Source: Lytechinus pictus (Eukaryota). Taken from it: a stretch of DNA of 64,000 nt. Positions 51,698 through 64,000 of the stretch are shown one piece after another. Under the pieces are notes generated by a model. It had not been told where the DNA came from. It made no database searches and saw nothing but the letters and a program-made list of their open reading frames with translations. The translations under genes were made by a program, and so were the position numbers. The DNA is taken from contig NC_087245.1 in assembly GCF_037042905.1 (NCBI RefSeq), forward strand, positions 16,866,001 through 16,930,000. The letters run 5' to 3'. Position 1 is the first letter of the stretch. Each line of letters starts with the position of its first letter.

Positions 51698-52994
51698 GAT
51701 TCCGTAGGACTGTTTACCACTTCCAGCTGGAAATAAGATTTGATATATACAGGCAATTGTGACAGCTGTGATAAAAAGGAAAGTATAAAAAGTTGGTAAT
51801 TGTTTCGTAAGGAATAAGATGCTTTTCTGCTTATTATCAAATTATTTGTCCTTTGAATAAATCATTATGGCCTACATATTCTTTACATTAAACAATATTA
51901 AAACATGCACAGAGTTCAGTTTTGATCGGAAATTTGACATACGTGTTGCTTTTACATTTGATTAAAAGGAGATCCTACTTCGCGAATAAACCCCGAAAAA
52001 TTCGACGAAGACACTAAAATCCAAAGATCCAAAATATAACTACAACATGCATAGCTTCCATACACACTTACGTACTACTTATCAAAATTTCAAATTTTAG
52101 AAGAGACAAGCATGATCAGAAATAATCCAAAAGCCGACACCCTTCTACATTTTCGATGAAATTAGAATGCACCAATTGGACAATCGGCTTTCACTATTTA
52201 ATTCATAACTGAAAGTGTATTCTTATAAGACATAATGACTTTTAAAATCATATATCGCTTTTCATTTAATGATGAACAAATTGCTTTAAAAACAAAATAC
52301 TTTATAAATATAGTCTTATTTTACTTACCGAAGGAGAGTAAAGAGAACACACGAGAAGGTCTCAGAACGATGCTGATGCTTATCAAGGTTTCTCTTTTTT
52401 AAAGTGTCTTCGAGATATCCTAGAGGCATATTAATTGTACCAAGTTTCAAATCGTATCTATATAAGATACGCATGCGCGTAAAATACAGATGAAAACCCC
52501 ACAACCCACACCGCTTTTATAAAGTAATATACTTAAAAGACACAACCTGCATGAAATATTTTACTTTTCTTGATCCTGCTAATACTGAGAGTAGTCAAGG
52601 ATATGTCAAAATCATATCATGTGACTTATACAAGTAAGCCATCTTCCAAGTTATGCTTTTATTAATACCATCACAGAGAACATATATTTCTCACTCGGCC
52701 ATTTCTTTAATAAAAAACGAAGAATATTGTGTTCTTTTTATCTGGTACCGTTTTTGAGCGACTTGCATGAAAGATCTAAAATGTAGGTGAAGCAAAAAGT
52801 ATTTTGACGTGTCGAAAATAAGTTGAATCGCAGGGCGATGAATGGTATACCAAAAATCGATATCACTTAACCTATTTTTATTTCGATTTCCGGCTCTGTT
52901 CTGACGGGGATGCGGAGGATGGGAATGACAGATGCTCTAATGTAGATGGCCATGAAGCAAAATTTTATCACTATCATCATATTCTCAGTCATTA

Positions 52995-53292
52995 TGACTA
53001 TCATCTTCTTCTTTTTTTCTTCCTCCTCCTCTTCTTCTTTTTCTTCTTCTTCTTCCTCTTCTTCTTCTTCTTTTTTTCTCTTCTTCTTCCTCTTCTTCTC
53101 CTTCCTCCTCCTCTTTTTCTTTTTCTTCTTTTTCTTTCTCTACTTCTTCACAGATCATTATCACTACCCAAACCACTTTCAACACCGTCCTCATAATATT
53201 GATCATCATACATTTCATCATAATCATCACCATCATCATCATCCTCATCATCATCCTCAGTATCCTCCTCCTCCTCATCATCATCATCATAA
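52995..53292 (+). repeat. (TCT)/(CAT) low-complexity microsatellite block
   Basis: Runs of tct/ttc followed by cat repeats. Confidence 0.85.
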
Positions 53293-54549
53293 TACATTTT
53301 AAGTTGCAGCATCAGGATGGTCGTTGGTATTGTTTCAAAAGGTTGAATAATTACTCCGATTTCAGATGTAGTGAAGATTGGACATAAACTTACATTTACA
53401 TGAAATGAATACAATAAACCCAAATAAATAAATAAAAAGACGATTTAACAAATGTTTCTACAATCTACAGGGAATCAATAGAGCCAAAACTATAATTGAC
53501 TATATCAAATACTTTTTTTTTACAAATTTTTACTTCTTTTACAAATTGTATTTACCACCTTTTAGTTTGGGAAGATATATTGCAGTAGCTTTGCCGAATT
53601 ATAAGATGATCTGGATATCAACTTTGAAGTTAGACCAATTCTGTTCAAGGAAAAAAGTCCACTAATGTTATCATAAACCGAATACTTTACCATACTTGCC
53701 ATCAACCAATGTGCATTAATGCTGATCTATATACTTTCATGCAAAAAAATACGACATTGCGACCTTTTAAAATAAACAAATTCATCTTTATCGAGGGACA
53801 TGAATACTGACTATGTGCAGATGTACGGTAATTTCCTCCGGGAACTGAATCTTGTTTGATATCCCTGAGGAACAGCTTACTTTTTATTTTTTAAAAAAAG
53901 TATTTTGAATGACATTTTTCGAAAGCTCGAGAAATTGAAGATGAACAGTAAAGGTCGTAAAGATTTTTGAAAATCATACTCTGATAAAGATGGAGAAATA
54001 TTTTTATTGTGGTTCAATGGGAATGAAAGTAGGAATAACCCTGAATGAAGGAACATACGTTTTTTAGTCAGATGTGAAGTTGAGGTGAAAGAAATAAAGA
54101 AAGGGAGGTCAATAAACATTGATAGTAAAAGATAGTGAGAGGATAAATCTATGTAGATATATATGTATGAGATGAACAGAAAGGAAATGAAGGAGAAAGA
54201 GAGAGGGGGAGGGAGAGAAAAAGAGGATACGAACTGGAAAACAAATAAAAATTCTTATAAATAAAATCTATAAGGGATTACATCATGTAAGCTTGTTCGA
54301 TCAGTGATTATTAAAATTTTCAAATGAAAGAAAGAAAAGAGAGAAGAGATCGATGACATATTAGCAGAGAGATTTAAAGATAGAGTGATTAACATATTGT
54401 TGAAAAATCTAGGAAAAACTCTAACATCTAAAATGAAATAGAGACTGAAAAGGTATGAATTTTTGACAATCCAATATATGGGTGAATCTGACAGAAAGAA
54501 GAAGACATACAGTGTAAAAAGAATGTCATAGGGAGAGGGAGAGAGAAAC

Positions 54550-54735
<186 letters not shown>

Positions 54736-55269
54736 GAGAGGGGGAGTCATTTAAGATGCGAACAAAATAATGCTGATGGAAAACTCGATTATCACTCGTA
54801 TTTCCCTTCGGTTCTTCAAAAATCAAGGACGAACAAAAAAACCTGCACGAGGAAGGAGACATATCACAATCTTACTTAGATGTGAAATTTCTTTTTAAAA
54901 ACATTTCCTGGAGTTAAACCTGATAAGATTCTTTGCAATCGATACCCAGTAGTCAGTGTGAGATTACATGCATTGTTATTCGCTAACACCCATGTATTGA
55001 TTTTTAAGAGGTTGTAAGAATCGATGAACATTTTATTCAACCACTCTTTCTGTTGTTCTATCTCTTCCTTGCTGTCGTAATAGAAATGCGATTCTTGTAC
55101 TTGATACTTGCATTTCTACTTGAGTGAAATGCCACATTTACACTGCCAAGGATAGCGGGTTTGTTCTTCATATTGAATGATCATCGCTTCTCTTGTCATA
55201 AGAAATGTTGGTATCCCAATAATAACACAATCATCACAATCGTTGCCATCGTCGTTCAATTGGTGGTGG

Positions 55270-55307
55270 TGCTCATCATCCTCATCTGCATCCCCAGTGG
55301 TATTTTT

Positions 55308-55339
<32 letters not shown>

Positions 55340-55430
55340 CACTAACTGCCAAGATCACCATTACACATCATCAACATCGTCATCATCATCATCATCGCCG
55401 TAATCATTATCACCATCATCATCATCAGTA
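55270..55430 (+). repeat. (CAT)n degenerate microsatellite
   Basis: Interrupted cat repeats. Confidence 0.8.
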
Positions 55431-56952
55431 TTGATATCGTCAAGTATTTATCATTATCACAATCTCATTTCACCTCCACCACCACCATCATCGTTGATTA
55501 TTATTTTTTATCATTGGTTTGAATAAAGATTATTCTGGTCGATATGACATTCGATTGATAGTTTTCCGCATTAATTGACAACAGTACAAAATAAAATAAT
55601 ATATAAAAACATTGTAATCTTTAGTCTATGTGATATATATATAACCCTATATGATAAAAAAATTAATCTACGCATTTCCGATGAATTAGCTTGGAAATAT
55701 TCGATCCCTTCAAGTGTTGAAACATTGAAATCAATTCATGCAAATAACAAAATTTCACTTACAAAATGGAAACAATATGAACGCATTGAAAAGCTCACAC
55801 GTTGACTAAATATATGGAATGGGAACGGCCTTTACATTATCAATGTCATTTCTTGTGAACTTGATGTTCCATACACTCAAACTTGCAGCTCAAAGTGCTA
55901 AGTAGTACACAAACCTTGCACTTATTTCCTTCACTTTCCTCGCCATTGCAACTTTGGTCCAATTTGCTGGCCACTTATCATTATCACCGGCTTGTGCGTG
56001 TGTTTGTTTATGCTTCTCGCATTCTTTAAAATACATGTATTAGAACAGCACACAGGTTCTGTTGTGAGAGGAATAAATATCGGAATAAATGTGACCAATC
56101 ATAAATTTGTTTTATCATTAGATAATACTACGCATGTACTGTTGCAAACATGTTTGCTTCTTGATTTTTCAAGAAGCGATAGTGGCGACACTGTGTATGA
56201 CATTTCACCCCACCTGCAGGGCAGAGCAGAAAAACTTTAATTAATCATGAGCCAATCAAGCAATTAACCAAAATCAATTAAATCACTCATGTCAAAGACG
56301 ACACCAGAATAAAAGCTTACCTTTTGATTTTTGGGACTGTTTTCAAGTAATCACATTATCTATTTAACCAGTCTCTTTTGACCTATTTCTTACAGAACAC
56401 CTCCAGTCAAGTTTATCAATGTATTTTCATCTGTTTCTGATCGTTTGCAGCTTATACAATCCAACACACACCCACACCCTCACACATAGCAATGGACAGA
56501 CCCCTGACACACACTCTGATACATACCCACACACTCAATCACGAAAATAAAATCATCAACTGTGTATTTTAACGTTTTTCTTTTTGAAATACCGTTCAAA
56601 CCATAGAACATAATCAACACAAACTTAACATTTTGAGGCAATTATGCATGTTATCTTTATATTTTATTTGTTTATATATATAACATCGATATTTCCGGGA
56701 TGATTGTTATTGCACGTAATGTCCTTTAAATTATCAACATGCTATACATATCCAGCGTAATAACAACTAGGCATATATACTCCCACATATAGACGGAGGC
56801 AGATTGCAATGGTGCTGAAAAAAGTAAAGTTCAAAGATAAAATTCTTCACGTCTGTCTGAAATGTTCAAGGGTCCGGGTATCCGTCGACTATTTGAACCG
56901 AGACGGATACATGTCTGTAAGCGGGGGATATATTGATTTATGATGTCACCGT

Positions 56953-63682
<6,730 letters not shown>

Positions 63683-64000
63683 CTGAGGATTTTTAGAGAT
63701 ACATACAGATATAATGATTATTAAATATTGATATTTGGTGCGAGAAAGTAAAATACACTTTGATTCATTTTAATTAACCCACAAAATGTGGATGTGGGCT
63801 CAAAGTGATTTTGTGAGCACAAACCATTCCGCAACTAAAACAGTTATTAAACAGATAATCTTAAATTCAATTCGAATATACATCTGCCTTTGTCTGGAGG
63901 GTGTGAAAATAGTGTATCTTTAGTGTGTAGGAGCCATGGCCATTACAAATGCTTTTAAAGTATGAGGTCACCCTGAAATCAAGTAGGTTTTGAAAAGAGG

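Overview
This is AT-rich, intron-rich animal DNA. The gene content and repeat style suggest an echinoderm such as a sea urchin, but that is an inference. I reconstructed four protein-coding genes by hand from GT-AG exon chains with matching phases. (1) MCRS1 on +, 13 coding exons, about 718 aa, with a long S/T/P-rich N-terminal extension. (2) A 15-exon, about 860-aa secreted protein on -: signal peptide, Ig domain, intact trypsin-type serine protease, coiled coil, Thr-rich linker, Cys-rich module, an unassigned ~170-aa domain, and a TARSH/FNDC1-type C-terminal domain. This fusion is the most unusual object in the window. (3) An intronless class A GPCR with a signal peptide on -. (4) A 5'-truncated proteinase-K/aqualysin-type S8 subtilisin with two CUB domains on -. 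The window also holds a complete 7SL (SRP) RNA gene with a B-box just downstream, several tRNA-derived SINEs, a LINE 3' fragment, many MITE-like inverted-repeat elements and microsatellites. No database searches were run, so family assignments rest on motifs I recognise from memory.
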